Shown here: one piece after another, positions 1 through 10,082 of the stretch
Position numbering within the stretch: position 1 is the stretch's first letter
How the letters are laid out: each line of letters opens with the position of its first letter
Source: an uncultured Methanomassiliicoccales archaeon
GTDB lineage: Archaea; Thermoplasmatota; Thermoplasmata; Methanomassiliicoccales; UBA472
Direction: 5' to 3'
NCBI GenBank assembly: GCA_963710685.1
Contig: CAVQBH010000014.1
Span: forward strand, 16,724-80,723
DNA: 64,000 nucleotides
Program-made: the position numbers and the translations under genes
The notes under the pieces: generated by a model
Databases searched by the model: none
What the model was told of the DNA's origin: nothing
The model's input: the letters and a program-made list of their open reading frames with translations, nothing else

Positions 1-14
1 AATGCCTTGGCGCC

Positions 15-1172
15 TTATTGGGTCCGGTTTGGCGTGCTGCGGGACGATTGCGCAGGCTTCCCAATGACTTCTGTGATGGGGGCGCCGCTGCGAGGAACTG
101 CCCGGCAATAATCCTCGCCGAGAAGGGCGGCGATGGTTGCGGCAAGCTGGCTCTCAGTTACGGACTGCGTCTGGCCGCGCTCCCCCAGCGCTGCCGTGTC
201 GGGGCCGATAATGGCAATCCAATCCCCTTGGGCCCCAGCCACCTTCTCGCCATGATCCTTCCAGGCCGTCAGGCCATCGCCGCGCCCATGATCGGCAGTG
301 AGGATGAATGTTGTCTTGCCGCGGTACTGCCGCAGAGACTGGGTGAGTTGCCAAAGCTGGCGGACAAAGTCATCCACCCGGTGGGCCGCGTGCAGGTATT
401 CGTCGTAACGGCCGGCGTGGGCCCATTCGTCCGTTTCGCCAAACCCGATAAAAAGCAAGCGGGGACGCTCCCGTTTTACGTAGTCGCGCACGGCGTGGAA
501 GAGGAAGGAATCCCACGTTAAATCCTCCCACATCGGCGGAGTTTCGCTGCGCAACTCCGTCAGGTAGGTCGGGGGCGAGATCTCCCAGTGGGCGAATTGC
601 GGTTCCCAGCCCGGCCAGATTGGCAAATGGCTGCGCTCGATATTGAAGATATAGGGAAAGACATCCCACGTGCCGAATACGGCGACGCGGCTCTTGAGTC
701 TGGCGGAACGGTTCAGCCATTCGAACACGCTCAGGTTCGGATTCGGCCGCTTGTCGTTGCTGTCCACGCGCGGGTCGCCTGAGCCGGTGAGGATTTCGTT
801 GTAGCCCGGGTAGGAGAACTTCTTCCCGTTAGTGACCGTGACGACACTGCCTTTGGCCTGATTGCCGAAAAGCTGGCCATTTTGGGCTATCTCCGTCCAG
901 ATGAAGGGCAACAACGCGGAGCGGCGCGCCTCCGGCGTCGGCCGCCAGTAAGCCCGGCCCAGTGCGTTGGTGTCCGTCACCCCACCATACTTTTTGCTAA
1001 AGAGCGATTCTTCCGCGCCGTTGAAGATCTCCTGCCATCGCAGGCCGTCACTGATGATCAAAAATACATTCTGCGTTTTCAGCGCCGCTCCCGGCGCGGT
1101 GTCCGGCCCGAACAACCACGCCAGCACCAGGCACAAGCAGGAAAGGGTGCGGGTTGACTCACTGAGTCTCAT
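15..1172 (-). CDS. Secreted alkaline-phosphatase-superfamily protein (phosphoglyceromutase/metalloenzyme-like)
   Basis: Signal peptide, then the motifs IISDGLRWQE, SYPGYNEILTG, ETDEWAH and TADHGRG. Start placed at ATG 1172 (MRLSEST); the ORF track extends to 1244. Confidence 0.85.
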   Translation of the reverse strand: MRLSESTRTLSCLCLVLAWLFGPDTAPGAALKTQNVFLIISDGLRWQEIFNGAEESLFSKKYGGVTDTNALGRAYWRPTPEARRSALLPFIWTEIAQNGQLFGNQAKGSVVTVTNGKKFSYPGYNEILTGSGDPRVDSNDKRPNPNLSVFEWLNRSARLKSRVAVFGTWDVFPYIFNIERSHLPIWPGWEPQFAHWEISPPTYLTELRSETPPMWEDLTWDSFLFHAVRDYVKRERPRLLFIGFGETDEWAHAGRYDEYLHAAHRVDDFVRQLWQLTQSLRQYRGKTTFILTADHGRGDGLTAWKDHGEKVAGAQGDWIAIIGPDTAALGERGQTQSVTESQLAATIAALLGEDYCRAVPRSGAPITEVIGKPAQSSRSTPNRTQ

Positions 1173-1467
1173 GCGGAAAGAGGTACAGAAAACCGGACGT
1201 GTCGCAAGAGCGGACCGCACGCCCGGGTAAACAAGCCAAGTCATCAGGTTGGCAGTGCGGCCACGTCGTGGCAGTCACCTGCAGCCCAATTCACTGCTGC
1301 GCCGGATGCGAGAGGCCCTGATGATGCGGCGCGATATGGACGCGTAGTGCTCCGAGATTTTGCACTTTATGCCTATTGGTCAGCCGGGCAGACTAGCTTG
1401 GAGCTGTGCCTGCCTAAGAGGATAGCGACAGCATACGCATATTTGTTATCAGAACCGAACAGCACCT

Positions 1468-2928
1468 ATGACGAACCCACGGAAGATAAAACCGCCCGCA
1501 GGCCACGACCCCGCCCTCGTCGATCGCCCCCACTACAGCCGAGCACTCTTTCTGCGCCTCCTGGTTGTCCTGGTTCTGATCGCCCTAGCGCCTCGAGCCG
1601 CGTTGTCTGCTCTTACAAACACCGATCGCATCGTCGTGATGATCTCCGTGGACGGCCTGGCCGGCTACTACCTGGACGACCCGAAGGCGGAAATGCCCAC
1701 GATCCGCGCGCTGGCTGCCGCCGGCGCACGGGCCACCATGATGAAGGCTTCAACCCCAACGGTTACCTGGCCCAACCACACCACCCTGGTGACCGGCGTG
1801 ACCCCCGCCCGGCATGGGGTGGTCGGGAATAACTACTTCGACCGCGCCACTGGCAAGAAGGTCACGCTGATCTCGGACCCCGTATACGACAAAGATCAGA
1901 TCGTGAGGGCCCCGACGCTCTATGACCTGGCCAGGACCGCCGGCATGAAAACAACTGCAATCCGCTGGCCCGCCACCCGCAATGCCAGCACGTTGGATTG
2001 GACCGTCCCTGATGTCGGTCCTCTCGAACTGCTTCGCAAATACACGACCCCGGCGCTCCTGGCCGAGTGCGAGAACGCCCACATAGACATCGGGGGCGGC
2101 CAAAGCGAGGACGAGGGCTCAACCAACGCCGCGCCCAAGCCAACCGACGAAACCGCGACCCGCGTCTTCAACCTCATCCTCCACGACCACCGCCCGAACC
2201 TGGCGTTGCTGCATCTGATTCATGTGGACCACACCGAGCACCTGAAAGGACCCAAGAGCCCCGCGGCTTACGCCGCGGTGAAGGCCGCCGACGAGCAGGT
2301 GCAGGAGGTGTGGGACGAGCTCAAGCGCGATTTCCCAGGCCAAGCCACACTGTTTGTTGTCTCCGACCATGGCTTTTCCCCCACCAAGCGCCTCATCCTG
2401 CCAAACGTGATTCTCCGCAAAGCCAAGCTCCTTGAATCCTCGGGTAAGAAGGGCACCACCGGCGCGATTCATGTGATCGTTCAAGGTGGTTCAGCAATGG
2501 TTTACGTACTGGACGAGGCCCGCCGCGCCGATCTCATCGCGCGCGTGCGGAAAGCCTTTGCCGGCATCCGAGGCGTTTCGAAGATCATCGGCGCCGACCA
2601 ATTCAGAGAATACGGCGTGGCCAATCCCAAGGATGACCCTCACGCCCCGGACCTGATCCTTTTCGCCGAAGAAGGTTGCGCGTTCGGTGACACCGCCGCT
2701 GGAGAACTGCCTTTCAACGAAAAACCGGAGCGCAAGGGTAGCCATGGCCACGACGCCAATCTGCCGGACCTCCATGCGACCTTCGTCGCATGGGGTGCGG
2801 GCGTCAGGCCCAGCGTCCGGCTGGGCGTGATCTCCAATCTGAGCGTCGCGCCCACCATCGCGAAGCTGTTGGGCATGTCAATCCCCGGTGCTGAAGGCAC
2901 GCCACTCTTGGCGCTGCTGACAGAATAA
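1468..2928 (+). CDS. Nucleotide pyrophosphatase/phosphodiesterase (AP superfamily), exported
   Basis: ISVDGL, nucleophile motif TVTWPNHTTLVTG, DHTEH, VSDHGF and GSHG; N-terminal hydrophobic segment. Confidence 0.9.
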   Translation: MTNPRKIKPPAGHDPALVDRPHYSRALFLRLLVVLVLIALAPRAALSALTNTDRIVVMISVDGLAGYYLDDPKAEMPTIRALAAAGARATMMKASTPTVTWPNHTTLVTGVTPARHGVVGNNYFDRATGKKVTLISDPVYDKDQIVRAPTLYDLARTAGMKTTAIRWPATRNASTLDWTVPDVGPLELLRKYTTPALLAECENAHIDIGGGQSEDEGSTNAAPKPTDETATRVFNLILHDHRPNLALLHLIHVDHTEHLKGPKSPAAYAAVKAADEQVQEVWDELKRDFPGQATLFVVSDHGFSPTKRLILPNVILRKAKLLESSGKKGTTGAIHVIVQGGSAMVYVLDEARRADLIARVRKAFAGIRGVSKIIGADQFREYGVANPKDDPHAPDLILFAEEGCAFGDTAAGELPFNEKPERKGSHGHDANLPDLHATFVAWGAGVRPSVRLGVISNLSVAPTIAKLLGMSIPGAEGTPLLALLTE

Positions 2929-3087
2929 CGAGCACGGCTGCGCGTCCCCCCAGCCCCGGCACTCACGAAAAGCATCCGCTGCGTCCGACCAGCTCACTCA
3001 CGGTTCGCGGACCCTCGCGCAGAGCCTGCCGGACCGCCAACTGGCTCGCTGCCGGAAGTCCCACCCGGCACCGCCGAACCGGCCAGC

Positions 3088-3115
3088 TTTACAACGGCTA
3101 CCCCCGGTCTATGCT
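3088..3115 (+). promoter_or_regulatory. Sigma70-type promoter TTTACA-N16-TATGCT
   Basis: Both hexamers read directly, upstream of the NTPase gene. Confidence 0.5.
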
Positions 3116-3145
3116 CTTCTCCGGAAATTGCTATCGGGAAGCGCG

Positions 3146-3703
3146 ATGCAACCACCCGGCGCCAACGCACACCTGATTTTGCTCACCGGCCCGCACGGGG
3201 CCGGCAAAACGACCCTGCTCGGACAACTGGTCCAGCAAGCCAAACAGGCCGACTGGACCGTGTGTGGCCTGTTGTCGCCCGCTCAAATCCACAATGGGCG
3301 AAAAATCCGCCTCCACGCGCTGGACGTGTATTCAGGAGGCCGCCGCTTGCTCGCCAGCCGGGTCGTCGGCGAACTTGACGGACCGCGCGTTGGCGATTGG
3401 ATTTTCGACAGCGACGCCCTCGCATGGGGGAACGCCCTTCTTGCACGGACCCCCCCGTGCGACCTCTTCGTCCTCGACGAGCTTGGTCCTCTTGAGTTCG
3501 ACCACCACCGGGGCTGGACCGTTGCCTTCGACCTCCTGGCAAAACCCATGCCCTGCCGGTTGGCCATTGTCGTCGTCCGCCCGGATTACGCGGAGAGCCT
3601 CCTACACCGCTGCCCTCAGGCGGAGACCGTGACGGCTTACAAACCTGCAGAGGCTGACGCACTGGCGCGCCAACTGTGGGAGATGTACCGGAACACACCG
3701 TAG
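3146..3703 (+). CDS. DUF2478/NTPase_1 (THEP1-like) P-loop NTPase
   Basis: Walker A TGPHGAGKTT and Walker B LFVLDELGPLE..GW, followed by IVVVR. Confidence 0.8.
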   Translation: MQPPGANAHLILLTGPHGAGKTTLLGQLVQQAKQADWTVCGLLSPAQIHNGRKIRLHALDVYSGGRRLLASRVVGELDGPRVGDWIFDSDALAWGNALLARTPPCDLFVLDELGPLEFDHHRGWTVAFDLLAKPMPCRLAIVVVRPDYAESLLHRCPQAETVTAYKPAEADALARQLWEMYRNTP

Positions 3704-3794
3704 AACGGGCCTGTGCCTCCCACCGCCTCACGAAGGCCTGCTTAATCTATTCATCACTATAGCTTAATACATCACATAGTTTCAAAAGTTTTCA

Positions 3795-3836
3795 TTGACC
3801 GCAAGCACCGGGCGATATATTTGTCGGAACATAACG
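3795..3836 (+). promoter_or_regulatory. Promoter (-35 TTGACC) overlapped by a ModE-box-like operator CGATATAT-N7-AACATAACG (3813-3836)
   Basis: Closely matches the E. coli modA-type ModE site CGTTATAT-N7-TACATAACG (recalled consensus). A ModE-family gene closes the operon at 10083. Confidence 0.75.
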
Positions 3837-3918
3837 CTAGTCCGCCGCTTGGCGCTGCGGGCGAAGACCAAAACCAGATTAGTAACCAACATTCGATCCG
3901 AAAGGCTCGCGATCAGAC

Positions 3919-4689
3919 ATGAATAGCTCCAGACACCTCGCCCTTGCCTGCCTCGTGGCGGCTCTCGCTGCCGGCCCCGCGGCTCTGGCCAGCAACACCT
4001 TCACCGACCAGATCACCACCGACACCTACCTTGACAGCAGCAGCCCTACCGCCAACTTCGGCCTGTCCGGCAACGACAAGGTAGTTATCAACAGTACCTC
4101 CATGTGCCGGACGCTGTTCGATCTTCCCACCAGCCTCTGGTCTTACGCCCCGGGCGACATCCTGTCAGCTTCCGTCTCCTTTTATGTCTGGAGCGACAGC
4201 TCGGCCACTTACAATGTTTCCCTCTTCCCCCTAACCACCGCATTTGTCGAAGGAACCGGCGGCAAGAACGGCAAGATCCCAGCCGACGGTGCCACCTGGC
4301 TCACCTACGACGGCACACACTCCTGGACCGCCGCCGGCGGCGACTTCGATTCCGCTTATTCTGTGGTTGGCACCAAAGGCCCCATCGGCGTCAACCCCAG
4401 CGATAGCAATGGCCGCTTCTTCACCTTCGACATCACGTCCCTGCTGTCCAACCCGACGGCCGCCTCTGAACTCGAAAACTTCGGCGCCATGTTGAGAATT
4501 GACGAGACGGTACCGCCCAGCGGCCAGCGTTACGACTCGTTTACCAGCGCCAACAGCACGAGCTATTCGATCCCGTACCTTCCTTCCATTGAAGTAACCG
4601 TCGTGCCGGAGCCCTCAATCTCGGCACTGGGCGCGCTCGGTCTCGCCGCACTTGCCTCCTTCTTCAAGCAACGCAAAACGCGGCCCTGA
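3919..4689 (+). CDS. DNRLRE-like domain protein with PEP-CTERM sorting signal
   Basis: Signal peptide; DTYLDS..PTANFG; GATW..YDG..W..AGGDF; C-terminal VPEPS + TM + basic tail. Confidence 0.85.
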   Translation: MNSSRHLALACLVAALAAGPAALASNTFTDQITTDTYLDSSSPTANFGLSGNDKVVINSTSMCRTLFDLPTSLWSYAPGDILSASVSFYVWSDSSATYNVSLFPLTTAFVEGTGGKNGKIPADGATWLTYDGTHSWTAAGGDFDSAYSVVGTKGPIGVNPSDSNGRFFTFDITSLLSNPTAASELENFGAMLRIDETVPPSGQRYDSFTSANSTSYSIPYLPSIEVTVVPEPSISALGALGLAALASFFKQRKTRP

Positions 4690-4700
4690 GCCAAGACCGG

Positions 4701-5561
4701 ATGGTGCAAGCGCCCAATGAGATAACAACCACCGCTGATGGCACCCGGCAGACCCCGCAGACCCCGCACCATCCCGCCGCGTTCACCCTTGTGGAGTTGC
4801 TGGTGGTCATTGCCCTGATCGCCTTTCTGGCCGCGTTGCTCCTCCCGGCGCTGTCCAAAGCCAAGGCGAAGGCCATGGAAGCGAAGTGCTCTGCCAACCT
4901 CCGCTCCTGGGGCCAGTCGTTTTACCTCTACGCCAACGATCACAACGGATACCTGCCGCACACCGACGACGAGGGCCGCAACGACCCTCCCTTCACCTTC
5001 GACCCCAAACACCCGGAACACGAGTGCGGCTACGTGGACGTCCTGCCCCCTTGCATGGGCCTGCCCGCTTGGCGCGACTACACTAACGGACAGAAGCCGA
5101 CCGCCGGTGTCTGGCAATGCCCCTCAGCCAAACCCCTGCCGGACTCGGCTTACAACGCCGCTTTCAAACCCTCCAGCCAGGGCTACCACAGCTACGTCAT
5201 GAACTCCTACCTGGAGCAGGACTTCCTTTACGGCCTACCGTTCGGTGTCAGCCCGCAGCCCAGTTTCTTGAAGTTGGAGAAATGCACCTGCCTGCCCATG
5301 ACCATCCTCATGTTCGAGCAAACCCTTGATCCGAGCCAGGGCTACGGCCAGGCGGGAGGCTTTGACACCGCCGGGTGCTACACCGCCGAGGACCCCCGAG
5401 CGCTTGGCGAACGCCACCCGCACGAGCGCCCCAGCCTCGCCGGCAACGTCCTCTACCTCGACACCCACGTCGGCTGGCGCGACGACCTGTGGAACAAGGC
5501 CCTCACCAACCCCCGCATTCCCAAGCGAGGCGACCTGACATGGTTCCCCTACTATTACTGA
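4701..5561 (+). CDS. Prepilin-type N-terminal cleavage/methylation protein (DUF1559/H-X9-DG type)
   Basis: [38 protein letters not shown] and C-terminal H...GNVLYLDTH. Confidence 0.9.
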   Translation: MVQAPNEITTTADGTRQTPQTPHHPAAFTLVELLVVIALIAFLAALLLPALSKAKAKAMEAKCSANLRSWGQSFYLYANDHNGYLPHTDDEGRNDPPFTFDPKHPEHECGYVDVLPPCMGLPAWRDYTNGQKPTAGVWQCPSAKPLPDSAYNAAFKPSSQGYHSYVMNSYLEQDFLYGLPFGVSPQPSFLKLEKCTCLPMTILMFEQTLDPSQGYGQAGGFDTAGCYTAEDPRALGERHPHERPSLAGNVLYLDTHVGWRDDLWNKALTNPRIPKRGDLTWFPYYY

Positions 5562-5608
5562 TGAAAGCGCAGCACCACGTCCGCAACCTTACCCTGTCCC
5601 GGTACCCC

Positions 5609-6508
5609 ATGAACACACCGGCTCTCCTATTGGCGCTCGCGTTAGCCGCCCAATCGGCTTGCGCCCTCACCAACACGCTCACCATCACCAACACCACGTA
5701 CCTCGACAGCCGCGTCTCGAACCAAACACTCAATTACGGACACGCCCACACCGTCAAGGCCCTCATCAATAACAACGTCACTAGCGACGGTTCCATGTGC
5801 CGGGGCCTCATTCAGCTTCCAGCGCAGATATGGGCCTATCCCCCGGAGCAGATCCTGTCCGCCACCGTCGTCTTCTACGTATGGCAGGACAACAGCGGCA
5901 CCCGCAACGTCACACTCTATCCATTGACCCAGACCTTCGTCCAGGGAACCGGCACGGGAACCGCGCCCGCCGACGGCGCCACCTGGCTCACCTATGACGG
6001 CATCAACCCTTGGACTAATCCCGGCGGTGACTTCGACTCCGCCAACCCGGTTGTCGGAGTCAAAGGTGACATCCTCGATGCGGACCTCAACGACCGCTTC
6101 TTCTATTGGGACATTACCCCATTGCTGAAAAACACCAGCCGGACAGAGCTGCAAAGTTATGGAGCCATACTCCGAATGGATGAAACGCCCGTGCCCACCA
6201 CCGGCTCGCCCCGCGCCCCTTTCACTAGTTCCTACGACCCCAGCTACACGCCGCCCTACTGGCCCTCTCTTCAGTTCACCATTGCACCCACGCTGGCCGG
6301 CGTCTTGGTGTCGGGCGGTGCCATATCGTTTACCATCAGCAATCTCACCCTCGGCGCCACCAACACCATCGAGCGCTCGCTAAACCTCGCCACCAACGAC
6401 TGGGCCGCGGTTTCTTCTTTCGTCGCCACCAGCACCTCGACAAATTGGTCCGAAACCCTGCAGCCCGGATGGACCAAAGCCTTCTACCGGCTCCAGACCC
6501 AGCAATGA
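5609..6508 (+). CDS. DNRLRE-like secreted protein, paralog of 3919-4689, with C-terminal FYRL domain
   Basis: Shares TYLDS, SMCR, ILSA.V.FYVW, PADGATWLTYDG and GGDFDSA with 3919-4689; ends IERSLNL..W...FYRL. Alternative start at 5561. Confidence 0.8.
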   Translation: MNTPALLLALALAAQSACALTNTLTITNTTYLDSRVSNQTLNYGHAHTVKALINNNVTSDGSMCRGLIQLPAQIWAYPPEQILSATVVFYVWQDNSGTRNVTLYPLTQTFVQGTGTGTAPADGATWLTYDGINPWTNPGGDFDSANPVVGVKGDILDADLNDRFFYWDITPLLKNTSRTELQSYGAILRMDETPVPTTGSPRAPFTSSYDPSYTPPYWPSLQFTIAPTLAGVLVSGGAISFTISNLTLGATNTIERSLNLATNDWAAVSSFVATSTSTNWSETLQPGWTKAFYRLQTQQ

Positions 6509-7122
6509 ACGCGAGCCCAGCCGAAGAACCCATCGCTCAAACCGCAACCGCTCAGCCCGTCACCCGCATGGGGACCAGGCACTGGGTCTTCATCGGCTCA
6601 ATGGTCGCGCTCGACTTCGCCACCGGCCAGCTCATCAAGTCCATCCTCCACGCCTCGGGGATTAGCAATTTCATCCGCCTTGACATGTTCATCCCGGTGA
6701 CCCTCTGGATGCTCACCCGGCTGGTCGTGGACCGCTTCGGCGTCCTCACCGCCTATCAATTCGCCTGGGGCGTGCTCGCCATCTTCGCCTTCCCCGGCGC
6801 AATGCTGCCCGGCCCCCTCAAGCTCATTCCCGCCGTCATGCAGGGCCTCATTCACGATGCCGGCTTCTCCCTGCTGCCCCGTTACCCTCGTGGGCGGGTT
6901 TTCGTCTCCGCCGTTGTCGGCGGCCTCGTCAGCAAAATCGTCGTCACCGCCCTGCGCGTCCAGGTCCTCGGCCTCCCGTGGACCAAAGTCACGCAGGCTC
7001 TGTTCGGCGTCCAGGCCCTGACTTCCATCCTCGTTAGCGCCGCGGCGGCCGGGTTGGCGCTGGTCGTATGGTCTCGCATCCGCAATCTGCACATCACCCG
7101 CTTGATGAGCGTTCGGGCCTGA
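6505..7122 (+). CDS. Putative ECF transporter S-component (integral membrane)
   Basis: About 205 aa with 5-6 TM segments, directly upstream of the duplicated ABC ATPase and EcfT. Confidence 0.65.
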   Translation: MNASPAEEPIAQTATAQPVTRMGTRHWVFIGSMVALDFATGQLIKSILHASGISNFIRLDMFIPVTLWMLTRLVVDRFGVLTAYQFAWGVLAIFAFPGAMLPGPLKLIPAVMQGLIHDAGFSLLPRYPRGRVFVSAVVGGLVSKIVVTALRVQVLGLPWTKVTQALFGVQALTSILVSAAAAGLALVVWSRIRNLHITRLMSVRA

Positions 7123-8518
7123 TCCGCACCTGGCAGTTGGCCTTCCAGCCCGCCGGCGCCGACGCCCCGCTCCTCCAGGACATCTCCCTCCACATCGAGG
7201 CGGGCGAGCGCGTCGGCATCATCGGCCCTTCAGGGTCGGGCAAGACTACTCTCGCCCTCCACCTCGCCGGCCTCCACCACGTCGCACTGCTCGGCCGCAG
7301 CTCTGGCTCCCTCTGGCTCCAGGGCCGCGACTGCACCTGCTCCGGCTCTGAAGGCTTCGCCGGCGTCGTCCTCCAAAACCCCGAAATCCAGCTCTTCGGC
7401 GAAACCGTTGAAGAGGAAGTTTCCCTCAGCCTCCAACAACAGCCTGCCGACGTTGACCGCCAGAGCGAACTGCGCCGTTGGCTCGACCTCTTCGGCCTCG
7501 ACACCGTGCGCGACCGCCGCGTAGCAACGCTCTCGCTGGGCTGGAAACAACGCCTCTCCATCGCCAGCATGTTGGCGCTCGAACCCAAGGTCCTCTTGCT
7601 CGACGAACCCACCAGCTACCTCGACGAGCCTACCGCCGACCTCCTTTTCGACCTGCTCGCCGTCCAGTCCAAGAACGCCGGCCTCACCGTCCTCGTCATC
7701 GAGCATGACCTTCCCCGCCTCACCCGCTGGGCTTCGCGCCTGGTGGCCATGCGCCAGGGCCGCATCGCCTTCGACGGCCCGCCGGCAAACTACTCGCCAC
7801 CCCAACCCCTCGCCCCGCCCCACCGCGTCTCCGAGCCGCCGCGCTCCCCTGCGCCGCCAACTCCCTCCTCTCGCTCGAAGGAGTCACCTTTGCCTACAAC
7901 GGCCACGGAACTGCGCTCGACAACGTCTCGCTCTCCGTGGCGCCGGGTGAGATCGTCGCCTTGGTCGGCCCGAACGGCTCCGGCAAAAGCACCCTGCTCA
8001 ACCTCGCCAAGGGCCTCCTTGAACCCGACCAGGGACGAATCTCCTGCGGCTCCGCGGCCCCGCGCATGGATGCCGTCGGCCTCGTGTTCCAGAACCCCGA
8101 CAGCCAAATCTTCGCCCACTCTGTCTTCGAGGAGTGCTCGTTCCTGCCTCGCAATCAGAACTTCCCACCGGACGAGGTCACCACTCGCACCCGGCAGGCC
8201 CTGACCCAGGTGGGGTTGCAGTCGCATGAAGACCGGGCCCCCTTTTCACTCAGCTACGGCGAAAAGCGGCGCCTCACCCTCGCCTCGACCCTGTCAGGGC
8301 GCTCCACCGTGCTCTGCCTCGACGAGCCCACCGTCGGACTCGACCGCGATTGCCTCGCCCAGGTGGCTGCCACCCTCAACCATGTCAGCGCCCAGGGCTC
8401 AGGCGTCCTGCTCGCAACCCATGATCACGAATTCGTCCGCGCCGTGGCCACTCGCGTCGTGTCGCTCCGCGCCGGCCGCATCGTGAGCGACACCGGCCCG
8501 CAAGGAGGCATCGTATGA
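7119..8518 (+). CDS. ECF transporter duplicated ATPase (EcfA-A' fusion), apparent frameshift near 7880
   Basis: Two NBDs: GPSGSGKT/LQNP/LSLGWKQR/LLDEPT and GPNGSGKS/FQNP/LSYGEKRR/LDEPT, split over two frames. Start uncertain. Confidence 0.85.
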
Positions 8519-9222
8519 CCCGCCCGCTGGTGGACCAGGCTCAACCTCCTGACCCGGCTGACACTGTTCCTGGTGCTCTGCCTGCACGCCGCCACGGGAC
8601 ACCACTTCCTCCCCCAGTTGCTCCTCTGCTCCGGCCTTCTCCTTCTCCTGTTCGCCAGCGGAGTCGCCGGGCCGCATGCTCGGCTCCTCCTCTGGGCGCA
8701 CTTGCTGGGGCTGCCTGCCACCGTCCTTCTCTTCCTCGCCATCGGGTACGAAGACCGCCCGCTCCTTCTCCGGAGCCGTATCCTGGGGCCTGGTCGAAGC
8801 TCTCCGCTACGCCCTGCGCATTGAGTGTCTCCTCCTTGCCAACCTCCTCTTCATCGGCATCACCACCCCGTTGGAGATCATCTCCCTCTTCAACGCGCCC
8901 GTGGATCCCGCCCGCCGTCGGCACGCTCCTGTCCACTGCCGTGCGCTTCCTTCCCCTCTCCCTGGCCGAAGCCCGCCGCATCTACGACATTCAGCGCTGC
9001 CGTGGCCTGCGCCTGCGTCCCTGGGCTCCACAAAGCTGCCTCCCTGTCATAGTGCCCCTGTTCGTATCGCAAATGTGCCGAGCCCACGACACCTCCGTAA
9101 TGCTCGTCGTACGGCGCATTGCCACCGTCACCCGGGGCGCGTCGCCCTGCAAAGTTCGGCCTCGGCGGACCTGGTCCTTCTCGGACTCGCCCTCGCCTCC
9201 TGCCTCTCCTATCCTGCTATAA
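8515..9222 (+). CDS. ECF transmembrane component EcfT/CbiQ (several apparent frameshifts)
   Basis: TTP.EI, A.RFLP....EARRI..IQRCRG and PVIVPLF spread across frames. Confidence 0.75.
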   Translation: MTRPLVDQAQPPDPADTVPGALPARRHGTPLPPPVAPLLRPSPSPVRQRSRRAACSAPPLGALAGAACHRPSLPRHRVRRPPAPSPEPYPGAWSKLSATPCALSVSSLPTSSSSASPPRWRSSPSSTRPWIPPAVGTLLSTAVRFLPLSLAEARRIYDIQRCRGLRLRPWAPQSCLPVIVPLFVSQMCRAHDTSVMLVVRRIATVTRGASPCKVRPRRTWSFSDSPSPPASPILL

Positions 9223-9233
9223 GGAATCAAACT

Positions 9234-10044
9234 ATGCCAATGAATCGCGAAATCCTGTCTCGCCTCCTGGCGCAACTGCCCGAGCCCGCGCCGCGGCTCG
9301 AGGACCTGCATATCTCCCTGCACTGGGTCATCGTCAATTGCCATCGCTACGCCATGGCCACCTTCATCCGCCCCAGCTAACCCCTTCGACGCCTGCTTCC
9401 AGCCGGCGTATCTCGGCGACCAGCTCGGCCGCCCCATCCCCGAAATCGCCGACCGCTTCGCCGATTCCGAAGACACTCTCCGCCTTGGCCTCATCAACGC
9501 CTGTCTCAACGGCTCCATTCCGCTCCCCCGGGATACGTTCGAGGCCAACGCCGTTGATCCCTTCGCCGACTTCATAAAGCACTCCCGCACTTGCTTCATC
9601 GGCCACTTTCCCCAGGCGGAAATCTGGCGCGCCCAGGGACACCCCGTTACCATCATCGAACTCCAGCCCCGCAACGGCGACATCTCCTGGGCCGACTCCA
9701 AGCCCGTCCTCCGCGAGGCCGAAATCGTTTTCATCACCGGCCTGACCCTCCTCAACAACACCTTCCTGGAAGTCCTCGACCGCACCCCCCGCGCCCGCTA
9801 CCGCGTCTTGCTGGGCCGTAGCGTTCCCTTCTCCTCCATGTTCTTCGACTATGGAATTCAGCTCGTCGGCACAACGCACATCGCCGACCCCGCTCTCGCC
9901 CTCCGCTATTGTCAACACGGAGGCACGAACGTTCACCAGGCCCCGCCGGGCGCCCTGCGCCTGGTCAACGTTACCAACCAGCCCGCCCTCAAGGCCGAAC
10001 TGGCCCGCCTACGCCAGCAACCCAAAGACCCTTCCCCCAAATAA
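9234..10044 (+). CDS. DUF364 (Rossmann-like, putative metal/pterin-binding) protein, frameshift near 9380
   Basis: Downstream frame reads GLINAC..., IGHFP, IIEL.P, ITGLTLLNNT and LLGRSVP, typical of DUF364. Confidence 0.75.
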
Positions 10045-10082
10045 CCCCGTCCCCTCGTCCCCTCGCCGCTTCTCGCCGCCGC

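Noticed and set aside
2930-3918. Cobalamin or Moco riboswitch upstream of the ECF operon (CCGAAAGG at ~3898)
   Set aside because: Only an isolated GNRA-like hairpin; no B12 box or other conserved elements recognised. An Infernal search would be needed to exclude it fully.
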